Source: the human T2T-CHM13v2.0 reference genome, Homo sapiens
Assembly: GCF_009914755.1 (NCBI RefSeq)
Contig: NC_060933.1
Direction: 5' to 3' (one strand)
DNA: 64,000 nt
Below the pieces are notes generated by a model, which was not told where the DNA came from, searched no databases, and saw nothing but the letters and a program-made list of their open reading frames with translations. Positions within the stretch are counted from its first letter, which is position 1. Each line of letters starts with the position of its first letter. Below are positions 1 to 13,800 of the stretch, piece by piece. The position numbers and the translations under genes were made by a program.

Positions 1-236
1 ATGCAATGGAATGGAATCATCCGTAATGGAATGGAAAGGAATGGAATGGAATGGAAGGGAATGGAATGGAATGGAATGGAATCAACTCGATTGCAATCGA
101 ATGGAATGGAATGGAATTAACCTGAATAGAATGGAATGGAATGGAATGGAATGGAACGGAATCAACCCGAGTGCAATGGAATGGAGTGGAATGGAATGGA
201 ATGGAATGGAACAACCCTAATGGAATGGAATGTAAT

Positions 237-278
237 GGAGAGTAAGGGAGTTGAATAGAATCATTCCGAATGTAATGG
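237..278 (+). repeat. Recurrent ~40-bp diverged module GGAG(A/T)GTAAGGGA(G/A)TTGAATAGAATCAATCCGAATGTAATGG (representative copy)
   Basis: Dozens of copies occur in both orientations (e.g. ~2789, 3957, 4132, 7552, 8979, 14349, 29280, 29455; reverse ~31920, 32095, 34477, 63712). Confidence 0.9.
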
Positions 279-779
279 AATGGAATGGAACGGAATGGAA
301 TGGAATGGAATGGAATGGAATGGAATGGAATCAACAAGAGTGCAATCGAATGGAATCGAATGGAATGCAATGCAATGGAATGGATTCAACTTGAATGGAA
401 TGGAAAGAATGGAATCAACACGAGTGGAATGGCATGGATTGGAATGGAATGGAATGGAATCAACCCGAGTACAGGGGAATGGAATGCAATGGAATGCAAT
501 GGAATGGAATCATCCGTAATGGAATGGAAAGGAATGGAATGGAATGGAATGGAATGGAATGGAATGGAATGGAATCAACTCGATTGCAATCGAATGGAAT
601 GGAATGGAATTACCCGAATAGAATGGAAAGGAATGGAATGGAACGGAACGGAATGGAATGGAATGGAGTGGAATGGAATGGAACGGAACGGAACGGAACG
701 GAATGGAATGGAATGGATTGGAATGGAATGGAATCAACGCGAGTGTAGGGGAATGGAATGGAATGGAATGCAATGGAAT

Positions 780-794
780 GGAATCTTCCGGAAT
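780..794 (+). promoter_or_regulatory. Perfect 3-unit heat-shock element match (nGAAnnTTCnnGAAn); first of ~16 copies in the left domain
   Basis: gGAAtcTTCcgGAAt. Other copies start near 4636, 7098, 8865, 9609, 11138, 12406, 14220, 15073 (AC spacer), 18183, 20586, 21963, 24497, 26210, 27034, 29171. The motif match is direct; HSF binding is inferred. Confidence 0.6.
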
Positions 795-3700
795 GGAATG
801 GAATGGAATGGAATGAAATGCAATGGACTCAACTCGATTGCAATGGAATGGAATAGAATGGAATAGAATGGATTGGAATGGAATTAACCCGAATAGAATG
901 GAATGGAATGGAATGGAAAGGAATGGAACGGAAAGGAATGGAATGGAATAGAATGGAATGGAATGGAATGGTATGGAATGGAATGGAATAGTACGGAATG
1001 GAATGGAATGGAATGAATTGTAATGGAATGGAACTGAATGGAATGGAATGGAATGGAATGGAATCAACGCTAGTGCAGGGGAATGTAATGGAAAGGAATG
1101 CAATGGAATGGAATCATCCGGAATGGAATGGAATGGAATGGAATGGAATGCAATGGAATGGATTCAACCCGAGTACAATGGAATGGAATGGAATGGAATG
1201 GAATGGAATGGAATGGAATGCAATGGAATGGAATGGAATGGAATTGAATGGATCGGAATGCCTTCAAACCGAATGGAATGGAAAGGAATGCAATCAACAC
1301 GAGTGGAATGGAATGGAATGGAAAGGAATGGAATGGAATGGAATGGTACGGAATAGAATGGAATGGAACGAAATGGAATGGAATGGAATGGAATAGAATG
1401 GAATCGTTCAGAGTGGAATAGGAGGGAACGTATTCGAGTGGAATGGAAAGGAATGGAATCAACCAGAGTGGAATGGAAGGGAATGGAATGGAATGGAAAC
1501 TAATAGAATGGAATCAACCCGAGTGGAATGGAATGGAAATGACTGGAATGGAATGGAATGGAATGGAATGGAATGGAATGGAATGGAATCAACTCGATTG
1601 TAATGGATTGGAATGGAATGGAATTGAATGCAATAGAATGGAATTAACCCGAATAAAACGGAATGGAATGGAATGGAACGGAATGGAGTGGAATGGAATG
1701 GAATCAACCCGAGTGCAGGGGAATGGAATGGAATGGAATGCAATGGAATGGAATCATCCGGAATGGAATGGAATGGAATGGAATGCAAAGCAATGGAATC
1801 AACTCGATTGCAATGGAATGGAATGGAATGGAAAGGAATACATTGGAATCAACCCGAGTGGAATGGAATGGAAAGGACTGGAATGGAGTGGAATGGAATG
1901 GAATGGAATGGAATGGAATCAACTCGATTGGAATGGAATGGAATGGAATGGAATGGAATGGAATGGAATGGAATGGAATTAACCCGAATAGAATGGAATG
2001 GAATTAAATGGAAAGGAACGGAATGGAATGGAATGGAATGGAATGGAATGGAATCAACCCGACAGAAGGGGAATGGAATGGAATGGAATGCAATGGAATG
2101 GAATCAACCCGAGTACAATGGAATGGAATGGAATGGAATGGAATGGAATGGAATGGAATGGAATTGAATGGATTGGAATGCCTTCAAACCGAATGGAATG
2201 GAAAGGAATGGAATCAACACGAGTGGAATGGAATGGAATGGAAAGGAATGGAATGGAATGGAATGGTACGGAATAGAATGGAATGGAACGAAATGGAATG
2301 GAATGGAATGGAATAGAATGGAATCGTTCAGAGTGGAATAGGAGGGAACGTATTCGAGTGGAATTGAAAGGAATCGAATCAACCAGAGTGGAATGGAAGG
2401 GAATGGAAAGGAATGGAAACTAATAGAATGGAATCAATCCGAGTGGAATGGAATGGAAATGACTGGAATGGAATGGAATGGAATGGAATGGAATGGAATG
2501 GAATGGAATGGAATCAACTCGATTGTAATGGATTGGAATGGAATGGAATTGAATGGAATGGAATGGAATTAACCCGAATAAAAAGGAATGGAATGGAATG
2601 GAACGGAATGGAGTGGAATGGAATGGAATCAACCCGAGTGCAGGGGAATGGAATGGAATGGAATGCAATGGAATGGAATCATCCGGAATGGAATGGAATG
2701 GAATGGAATGCAATCAACCTGATGCAATGGAATGGAGTGGAATGGAATGGAATGGAATGGAAACATCCCGAATGGAATGGAATGTAATGGAGTGTAAGGG
2801 AATTGAATAGAATCAATCCGAATGTAATGGAACGGAATGGAATGAAATGGAATGGAATGGAATGGAATGGAATCAACCCGAGTGCAATGGAATGGATTCG
2901 AATGGAATGGAATGGAATGGAATGGAATCAACTCGATTGGAATGGAATGGAATGGAATGGAATGGAATGGAATGGAATTAACCCGACTGCAGGGGAATGG
3001 AATGGAATGGAATGGAATGGAATGGAATCATCCGGAACGGAATGGACTGGAATGGAATGGAATCAACTCGATTGCAATGGAATGGAATGGAATGGAATTT
3101 AATCGAATGGAATGGAATGGAATTAACCGGAATAGAATGGAATGGAATGGAATGGAACGGAATGGAATGGAATGGAATGGAATGGAATGGAATGGAATGG
3201 AATCAACCCGAGTGCAGGGGAATGGAATGGAATGGAATGCAATGGAATGGAATCATCCGGAATGGAATGGAATGGAATGGAATGCAATCAACCTGATGCA
3301 ATGGAATGGAGTGGAATGGAATGGAATGGAATGGAAAAATCCCGAATGGAATGCAATGTAATGGAGTGTAAGGGAATTGAATAGAATCAATCCGAATGTA
3401 ATGGAATGGAATGGAATGAAATGGAATGGAATGGAATGGAATGGAATCAACCCGAGTGCAATGGAATGGATTCGAATGGAATGGAATGGAATGGAATGGA
3501 TTCAACAAGAATGGAATGGAAAGGAATGGAATCAATCCGAGTGTAATGGCATGGAATGGAACGGAATGGAATGGGATGGAATGGAATGGTATGGAATAGA
3601 ATGGAATAGAATGAAATGGAATGGAATGGAATGGAATGGAATGGAATGGAATGAACCCGTGTGCAATGGAATGGAATGGAATGGAATGGAATGCATTCAA

Positions 3701-6700
3701 CTCGAATGGAATCAACTCGATTGCAATGGAATGGAATGGAATTGAAAGGAATAGAATGGAATCAACACGAGTGGAATGGAATGGAAAGGACTGGAATGGA
3801 GTGGAATGGAATGGAATGGAATTAACACGAATAGAATGAAATGGAACGGAATGGAATGGAATGAAATGGAATGCAATGGAAAGGAATCATCCCGAATGGA
3901 ATGGAATGGAATGGAATGGAATGGAATGGAACAACCCGAATGGAATCGAATGTAATGGAGAGTACGGGAGTTGAATAGAATCAATCCGAATGTAATGGAA
4001 TGGAATGGAACGGAATGGAATTGAATGGAATGGAATGGAATGCAATGGAATGGAATCAACCTGAGTGTAATGGAATGGAGAGGAATGGAATGGAATGGAA
4101 TGGAAACTACCCGAATGGAATGGAATGTAATGGAGTGTAAGGGAATTGAATAGAATCAATCCGAATGGAATGGAGTGGAATGGAACGGAATGGAATGGAA
4201 TGGAATGGAATGGAATGCAATGGAATGGAATCACCCCGAGTGCAATCGAATGGAATCGAATGGAATGGAATGCAATGGAATGGATTCAACTTGAATGGAA
4301 TGGAAAGAATGGAATCAACACGAGTGGAATGGCATGGATTGGAATGGAATGGAATGGAATCAACCCGAGTACAGGGGAATGGAATGGAATGGAATGCAAT
4401 GGAATGGAATCATCCGTAATGGAATGGAAAGGAATGGAATGGAATGGAATGGAATCAACTCGATTGCAATCGAATGGAATGGAATGGAATTAACCCAAAT
4501 AGAATGGAATGGAATGGAATGGAACGGAACGGAATGGAATCGAATGGAATGGAATGGAACGGAACGGAACGGAATGGAATGGAATGGAATGGAATGGAAT
4601 CAACGCGAGTGCAGGGGAATGGAATGCAATGGAATGGAATCTTCCGGAATGGAATGGAATGGAATGGAATGGAAAGAAATGCAATGGATTCAACTCGATT
4701 GCAATGGAATGGAATAGAATGGAATGGAATGGAATGGAATGGAATTAACCCGAATAGAATGGAATGGAATGCAATGGAACGGAATGGAACGGAATGGAAT
4801 GGAAGGGAATGGAATGGAATGGTATGGAATGGAATGGAATGGTACGGAATAGAATGGAATGGAACGAATTGTAATGGAATGGAATTGAATGGAATGGAAT
4901 GGAATCAACGCGAGTGCAGGGGAATGTAATGGAACGAAATGCAATGGAATGGAATCATCCGGAATGGAATGGAATGGAATGGAATGGAATGGAATGGAAT
5001 CAACCCGAGTGCAATGGAATGGAGTGGAATGGAATGGAATGGAATGGAACAACAAGAATGGAATGGAATGTAATGGATAGTAAGGGAGTTGAATAGAATC
5101 AATCTGAATGTAATGGAATGCAACGGAATGGAATGGAATGGAATGGAATGGAATGCAATGGAATGGAATCAACCCGAGTACAATGGAATGGAATGGAATG
5201 GAATGGAATGGAATGGAATGGAATGGAATGGAATGGAATCAATCCGACTGCAGGGGAATGGAATGGAATGGAATGGAATGGAATGGAATGGAATCATCCG
5301 GAACGGAATGGACTGGAATGGAATGGAATCAACTCGATTGCAATGGAATGGAATGGAATGGAATTTAATCGAATGGAATGGAATGGAATTAACCGGAATA
5401 GAATGGAATGGAATGGAATGGAACGGAATGGAATGGAATGGAATGGAATCAACCCGAGTGCAGGGGAATGGAATGGAATGGAATGCAATGGAATGGAATC
5501 ATCCGGAATGGAATGGAATGGAATGGAATGCAATCAACCTGATGCAATGGAATGGAGTGGAATGGAATGGAATGGAATGGAAACATCCCGAATGGAATGG
5601 AATGTAATGGAGTGTAAGGGAATTGAATAGAATCAATCCGAATGTAATGGAATGGAATGGAATGAAAAGGAATGGAATGGAATGGAATGGAATCAACCCG
5701 AGTGCAATGGAATGGATTCGAATGGAATGGAATGGAATGGAATGGAATCAACTCGATTGGAATGGAATGGAATGGAATGGAATGGAATGGAATGGAATTA
5801 ACCCGAATAGAATGGAATGGAATGGAATTGAACGGAATGGAATGGAATGGAATGGAATGGAATGGAATGGAATGGAATCAACCCGACTGCAGGGGAATGG
5901 AATGGAATGGAATGGAATGGAATCATCCGGAACGGAATGGACTGGAAAGGAATGGAATCAAATCGATTGCAATGGAATGGAATGGAATGGAATTTAATCG
6001 AATGGAATGGAATGGAATTAACCGGAATAGAATGGAATGGAATGGAATGGAACGGAATGGAATGGAATGGAATGGAATGGAATGGAATGGAATGGAATCA
6101 TCCCGAGTGCAGGGGAATGGAATGGAATGGAATGCAATGGAATGGAATCATCCGGAATGGAATGGAATGGAATGGAATGCAATCAACCTGATGCAATGGA
6201 ATGGAGTGGAATGGAATGGAATGGAATGGAATGGAAACATCCCGAATGGAATGGAATGTAATGGAGTGTAAGGGAATTGAATAGAATCAATCCGAATGTA
6301 ATGGAATGGAATGGAATGAAATGGAATGGAATGGAATGGAATGGAATCAACCCGAGTGCAATGGAATGGATTCGAATGGAAAGGAATGGAATGGAATGGA
6401 TTCAACAAGAATGGAATGGAAGGGAATGGAATCAACCCGAGTGTAATGGCATGGAATGGAACGGAATGGAATGGAATGTAATGGAATGGTATGGAATAGA
6501 ATGGAATAGAATGAAATGGAATGGAATGGAATGGAATGGAATGGAATGGAATGGAATGGAATGAACCCGTGTGCAATGGAATGGAATGGAATGGAATGGA
6601 ATGGATTCAACTCGAATGGAATCAACTCGATTGCAATGGAATGGAATGGAATTGAAAGGAATAGAATGGAATCAACACGAGTGGAATGGAATGGAAAGGA

Positions 6701-7795
6701 CTGGAATGGAGTGGAATGGAATGGAATGGAATTAACACGAATAGAATGAAATGGAACGGAATGGAATGGAATGTAATGGAATGCAATGGAAAGGAATCAT
6801 CCGGAATGGAATTGAATGGAATGGAATGGAATGGAATGGAATGGAATCAACTCGATTTCAATGGAATGGAATGGAATAGAATGGAATGGAATTAACACGA
6901 ATAGAATGGAATGGAATGGAATTGAATGGAACAGAAAGGAATGGAATGGAATGGAATGGAATCAACCCAAGTGCAGGGGAATGGAAAAGAATGGAATTCA
7001 ATGGAATGGAATCATCCGGAATGGAATGGAATAGAATGGAATGGAATGGAATCAACGCGAGTGCAGGGGAATGGAATGGAATGGAATGCAATGGAATGGA
7101 ATCTTCCGGAATGGAATGGAATGGAATGGAATGGAATGAAATGCAATGGATTCAACTCGATTGCAATGGAATGGAATAGAATGGAATGGAATGGAATGGA
7201 ATGGAATTAATTCGAATAGAATGGAATGGAATGGAATGGAACGGAATGGAACGGAATGGAATGGAATGGAATGGAATGGAATGGTATGGAATGGAATGGA
7301 ATGGTACGGAATAGAATGGAATGGAACGAATTGTAATGGAATGGAATTGAATGGAATGGAATGGAATGGAATGGAATGGAATGGAATCAACGCGAGTGCA
7401 GGGGAATGTAATGGAACGGAAGGCAATGGAATGGAATCATCCAGAACGGAATGGAATGGAATGGAATGGAATGGAATCAACCCGAGTGCAATGGAATGGT
7501 GTGGAATGGAATGGAATGGAATGGAACAACCCGAATGGAATGGAATGTAATGGAGAGTAAGGGAGTTGAATAGAATCAATCCGAATGTAATGGAATGGAA
7601 AGCAACGGAATGGAATGGAACGGAATGGAATGGAATGGAATGGAATGCAATGGAATTGAATCAACCCGAGTACAATGGAATGGAATGGAACGGAATGGAA
7701 TGGAATGGAATGGAATGGAATGAAATGATACGGAATAGAATGGAATGGAACGAAATGAATGGAATGGAATGGAATGGAATGGAATGGAATGGAAT

Positions 7796-7837
7796 GGAAT
7801 CGTTCCGAGTGGAATAGGAGGGAATGTATTCGAGTGG
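7796..7837 (+). repeat. Recurrent module GGAATCGTTCCGAGTGGAATAGGAGGGAATGTATTCGAGTGG (representative copy)
   Basis: Copies near 1400, 2320, 7796, 10358, 12691, 15757, 18632, 22228, 25182, 27798; reverse near 29820, 31000, 38556, 44950, 49685, 54283, 55533, 57136, 57965, 59632, 61006, 62732, 63386. In G-strand orientation they are followed by CAACCAGAGT...GGAAACTAATAG. Confidence 0.9.
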
Positions 7838-10800
7838 AATGGAAAGGAATGGAATCAGCCAGAGTGGAATGGAAGGGAATGGAATGGAATGGAAACTAAT
7901 AGAATGGAATCAACCCGAGAGGAATGGAATGGAAAGGACTGGAATGGAATGGAGTGGAATGGAATCAACTCGATTGTAATGGAATGGAATGGAATGGAAT
8001 GGAATGGAATGGAATGGAATTAACCTGAATACAATGCAATGGAATGGAATGGAACGGAATGGAGTGGAATGGAATGGAATCTACCCGAGTGCAGGGGAAT
8101 GGAATGGAATGGAATGCAATGGAATGGAATCATCCGGAATGGAATGGAATGGAATGGAATGCAAAGCAATGGAATCAACTCGATTGCAATGGAATGGAAT
8201 GGAATGGAAAGGAATACATTGGGATCAACCCGAGTGGAATGGAATGGAAAGGACTGGAATGGAGTGGAATGCAATGGAATGGAATGGAATGGAATCAACT
8301 CGATTGGAATAGAATGGAATGGAATGGAATGGAATGGAATTAACCCGAATAGAATGGAATGGAATGGAATGGAACGGAATGGAATGGAATGGAATGGATT
8401 GGAATGGAATGGAATGGAAACAACCCGACTGCAGGGGAATGGAGTGGAATGGAATGCAATGGAATGGATTCAACTTGAATGGAATGGAAAGAATGGAATC
8501 AACACGAGTGGAATGGCAGGAATTGGAATGGAATGGAATGGAATCAACCCGAGTACAGGGCAATGGAATGGAATGGAATGCAATGGAATGGAATCATCCG
8601 TAATGGAATGGAAAGGAATGGAATGGAATGGAATGGAATGGAATGGAATGGAATCAACTCGATTGCAATCGAATGGAATGGAATGGAATTAACCCGAATA
8701 GAATGGAATGGAATGGAATGGAACGGAACGGAACGGAACGGAACGGAATGGAATGGAATGGAATGGAATGGAACGGAAAGGAATGGAATGGAATGGAATG
8801 GAAAGGAATAGAATGGAATCAACGCGAGTGCAGGGGAAAGGAATGGAATGGAATGCAATGGAATGGAATCTTCCGGAATGGAATGGAATGGAATGGAATG
8901 GAATAAACCCGAGTGCAATGGAATGGAGTGGAATGGAATGGAATGGAATGGAACAACCCGAATGGAATGGAATGTAATGGAGAGTAAGGGAGTTGAATAG
9001 AATCAATCCGAATGTAATGGAATGGAATGGAACGGAATGGAATTGAATGGAATGGAATGGAATGCAATGCAATGGAATCAACCCGAGTGCAATGGAATGG
9101 AGAGGAATGGAATGGAATGGAGTGGAAACTACCCGAATGGAATGAAATGCAATGGAATGGAATCAACCCGAGTGCAATGGAATGGAGAGAAATGGAATGG
9201 AATGGAGTGGAAACTACCCGAATGGAATGGAATCTAATGGAGTGTAAGGGAATTGAATAGAATCAATCCGAATGTAATGGAAAGGAATGGAACGGAATGG
9301 AATGGAATGGAATGGAATGGAATGGAATGGAATGGAAAGGAATGCAAAGGAATGGAATCAACCCGAGTGCAATCGAATGGAATCGAATGGAATGAAATGC
9401 AATGGAATGGAATCAACTCGATTGCAATCGAATGGAATGGAATGGAATTAACCCGAATAGAATGGAATGGAATGGAATGGAAAGGAACGGAATGGAATGG
9501 AATGGAATGGAATGGAATGGAATGGAACGGAACGGAATGGAATGGAATGGAATGGAATGGAATCAACGCGAGTGCAGGGGAATGGAATGGAATGGAATGC
9601 AATGGAATGGAATCTTCCGGAATGGAATGGAATGGAATGGAATGGAATGAAATGCAATGGATTCAACCCGATTGCAATGGAATGGAATAGAATGGAATGG
9701 AATGGAACGGAATGGAATGAACCCGAATAGAATGGAATGGAATGTAATGGAACGGAATGGAACGGAATGGAATGGAATGGAATGGAATGCAATGGTATGG
9801 AATGGAATGGAATGGTACGGAATAGAATGGAATGTAACGAATTGTAATGGAATGGAATTGAATGGAATGGAATGGAATCAACGCGAATGCAGGGGAATGT
9901 AATGGAACGGAATGCAATGGAATGGAATCATCCGGAATGGAATGGAATGGAATGGAATGGAATGGAATGGAATGGAATGGAATCAACCCGAGTGCAATGG
10001 AATGGAGTGGAATGGAATGGAATGGAATGGAACAACCCGAATGGAATGGAATGTAATGGAATGTAAGGGAGTTGAATAGAATCAATCCGAATGTAATGGA
10101 ATGGAATGCAACGGAATGGAATGGAATGGAATGCAATGGAATGCAATCAACACGAGTACAATGTAATGTAATGGAATGGAATGGAATGGAATGGAATGGA
10201 ATGGAATGGAATGGAATGCCTTCAAACCGAATGGAATGGAAAGGAATGGAATCAACACGAGTGGAATGGAATGGAATGGAATGGAATGGAATGGAATGGA
10301 ATGATACGGAATAGAATGGAATGGAACGAAATGGAATGGAATGGAATGGAATGGAATGGAATCGTTCCGAGTGGAATAGGAGGGAATGTATTCGAGTGGA
10401 ATGGAAAGGAATGGAATCAACCAGAGTGGAATGGAAGGGAATGGAATGGAATGGAAACTAATAGAATGGAATCAACCCGATTGGAATGCAATGGAAAGGA
10501 CTGGAATGGAATGGAATGGAATGGAATCAACTCCATTGTAATGGAATGGAATGGAATGGAATGGAATGGAATGGAATGGAATTAACCCGAATACAATGGA
10601 ATGGAATGGAAAGGAAGGGAATGGAGTGGAATGGAATGGAATCAACCCGAGTGCAGGGGAATGGAATGGAATGGAATGCAATGGAATGGAATCATCCAGA
10701 ATGGAATGGAATGGAATGGAATGCAAAGCAATGGAATCAACTCGATTGCAATGGAATGGAAGGGAATGGAAAGGAATACATTGGAATCAACCCGAGTGGA

Positions 10801-13800
10801 ATGGAATGGATAGGACTAGAATGGAGTGGAATGGAATGGAATGGAATGGAAAGGAATGCAATGGAATGGAATCAACCCGAGTGCAATCGAATGGAATCGA
10901 ATGGAATGAAATGCAATGGAATGGAATCAACTCGATTGCAATCGAATGGAATGGAATGGAATTAACCCGAATAGAATGGAATGGAATGGAATGGAACGGA
11001 ACGGAATGGAATGGAATGGAATGGAATGGAATGGAACGGAAAGGAACGGAATGGAATGGAATGGAATGGAATGGAATGGAATGGAATGGAATCAACGCGA
11101 GTGCAGGGGAATGGAATGGAATGGAATGCAATGGAATGGAATCTTCCGGAATGGAATGGAATGGAATGGAATGGAATGAAATGCAATGGATTCAACTCGA
11201 TTGCAATGGAATGGAATAGAATGGAATGGAATGGAATGGAATGGAATTAACCCGAATAGAATGGAATGGAATGGAACGGAATGGAACGGAATGGAACGGA
11301 ATGGAATGGAATGGAATGGAATGGAATGGAATGGAATGGAATGGTATGGAATGGAATAGAATGGTACGGAATAGAATGGAATGGAACGAATTGTAATGGA
11401 ATGGAATTGAATGGAATGGAATGGAATGGAATGGAATCAACGCGAGTGCAGGGGAATGTAATGGAACGGAGTGCAATGGAATGGAATCATCCGGAATGGA
11501 ATGGAATGGAATGGAATGGAATGGAATGGAATGGATTGCAAAGGAATGGAATCAACCCGAGTGGAATGGCATGGAATGGAATGCAATGGAATGGAATGGA
11601 ATGGAATCAACTCGAGTGGAAAGGAATGGAATGGAATGGAAAGGAATGGAATGAAGTCAACTCGAGTGGAATGGAATGGAATGGAATGGATTGGAATGGA
11701 TTGCAATGGAATATAATGGAATGGAATGGAATGGAATCAATCATTCCGAGTGGAATGGAAGGGAATGTAATGGAGTGGAAAGAAGGGAATGGAATCAACC
11801 CGAGTGGAATGCAAGGCAATGGAATGGATTGGAAAGGAATGGAATGGAATCAACTCGATTGCAATGGAATGGAATGGAATGGAATGGAATGGAATGGAAT
11901 GGAATGGAATTAACCGGAATAGAATGGAATGGAATGGAATGGAACGGAATGGAATGGAATGGAAGGGAATGGAATCAACACGAGTGCAGGGGAGTGGAAT
12001 GGAATGGAATGCAATGGAATGGAATCATCCGGAATGGAATGGAATGGAATGGAATCAACTCCATTGCAATGGAATGGAATGGAATGGAATGGAATAGAAT
12101 GGAATGGAATTAACCCGAATAGAATGGAATGCAATAGAATGGAATGCAACGGAACCGAATGGAGTGAAATGGAATGGAATGGAATCAACCCGAGTACAGG
12201 GGAATGGAATGGAATGGAATGCAATGGAATGGAGTCATCCGTAATGGAATGGAAAGGAATGGAATGGAATGGAATGGAATGGAACGGAACGGAATGGAAT
12301 GGAACGGAATGGAATGGAATGGAGCGGAACGGAATGGAATGGAATGGAATGGAATGGAATCAACGCGAGTGCAGGGGAATGGAATGGAATGGAATGCAAT
12401 CGAATGGAATCTTCCGGAATGGAATGCAATGGAACGGAATGGAATGAAAGGCAATGGATTCAACTCGATTGCAATGGAATGGAATAGAATGGAATGGAAT
12501 GGAATGGAATGGAATGGAATTGAATGGAATGGAATACTTTCAAACCGAATGGAATGGAAAGGAATGGAATCAACACGAGTGGAAAGGAATGGAATGGAAA
12601 GGAATGGAATGGAATGGAATGGTACGGAATAGAATGGAATGGAACGAACTGGAATGGAATGGAATGGAATGGAATGGAATGGAATGGAATGGAATCGTGC
12701 CGAGTGGAATAGGATGGAATGTATTCGAGTGGAATGGAAAGGAATGGAATCAACCAGAGTGGAATGGAAGGGAATGGAATGGAATGGAATCTAATAGAAT
12801 GGAATCAACCCGAGTGGAATGGAATGGAAAGGACTGGAATGGAATGGAATGGAATGGAATGGAATGGAATCAACTCGATTGTAATGGAATGGAATGGAAC
12901 GGAATGGAATGGAATGGAATTAACCCGAATACAATGGAATGGAATGGAATGGAACGGAATGGAGTGGAATGGAATGGAATCAACCCGAGTGCAGGGGAAT
13001 GGAATGGAATGGAATGCAATGGAATGGAATCATCCGGAATGGAATAGAATGGAATGGAATGCAAAGCAATGGAATCAACTCGATTGCAATGGAATGGAAT
13101 GGAATGGAAAGGAATAGAATGGAATCAACCCGAGTGTAATGGAATGGAAAGGACTGGAATGGAGTGGAATGGAATGGAATGGAAAGGAATGGAATCAACT
13201 CGATTGTAATGGAATGGAATGGAATGGAATGGAATTAACCGGAATAGAATGGAATGGAATGGAATGGAAAGGAACGGAATGGAATGGAATGGAATGGAAT
13301 GGAATGGAATCAACCCGACTGCAGGGGAATGGAATGGAATGGAATGGAATGGAATGGAATGGAATCATCCGGAACGGAATGGAATGGAATGGAATGGAAT
13401 CAACTCGATTGCAATGGAATGCAATGGAATGGAATGGAATCGAATGGAATGGAGTGGAATTAACAGGAATAGAATGGAATGGAATGGAATTGAACGGAAT
13501 GAAATGGAAGGGAATGGAATGGAATGGAATGGAATCAACCCGAGTGCAGGGGAATGGAATGGAGTGGAATGCAATGGAATGGAATCAACCCGAGTGCAAT
13601 GGAATGGAGAGGAATGGAATGGAATGGAATGGAAACTACCCGAATGGAATGGAATGTAATGGAGTGTAAGGGAATTGAATAGAATCAATCCGAATGTAAT
13701 GGAATGGAATATAACGGAATGGAATGGAATGGAGTGGAATGGAATGGAATGGAATGGAATGCAATGGAATGGAATCAACCCGAGTGCAATCGAATGGAAT

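Larger units (their letters stand above)
230..2070 (+). repeat. ~1.9-kb block paralogous to ~26310-28460 (offset ~26.1-26.4 kb)
   Basis: Shared rare markers: GAATCATTCCG (~258/26345), CAACAAGAGTGCAATCG (~332/26599), GCGAGTGTAGGGG (~739/26993), GAATAGTACGG (~986/27255), ATCGTTCAGAG (1403/27801), GGAAATGACTGG. Confidence 0.82.

Noticed and set aside
1070-1085. G-quadruplex at GCAGGGG modules
   Set aside because: These are isolated G4 runs surrounded only by GG dinucleotides, with no four clustered G3 tracts.
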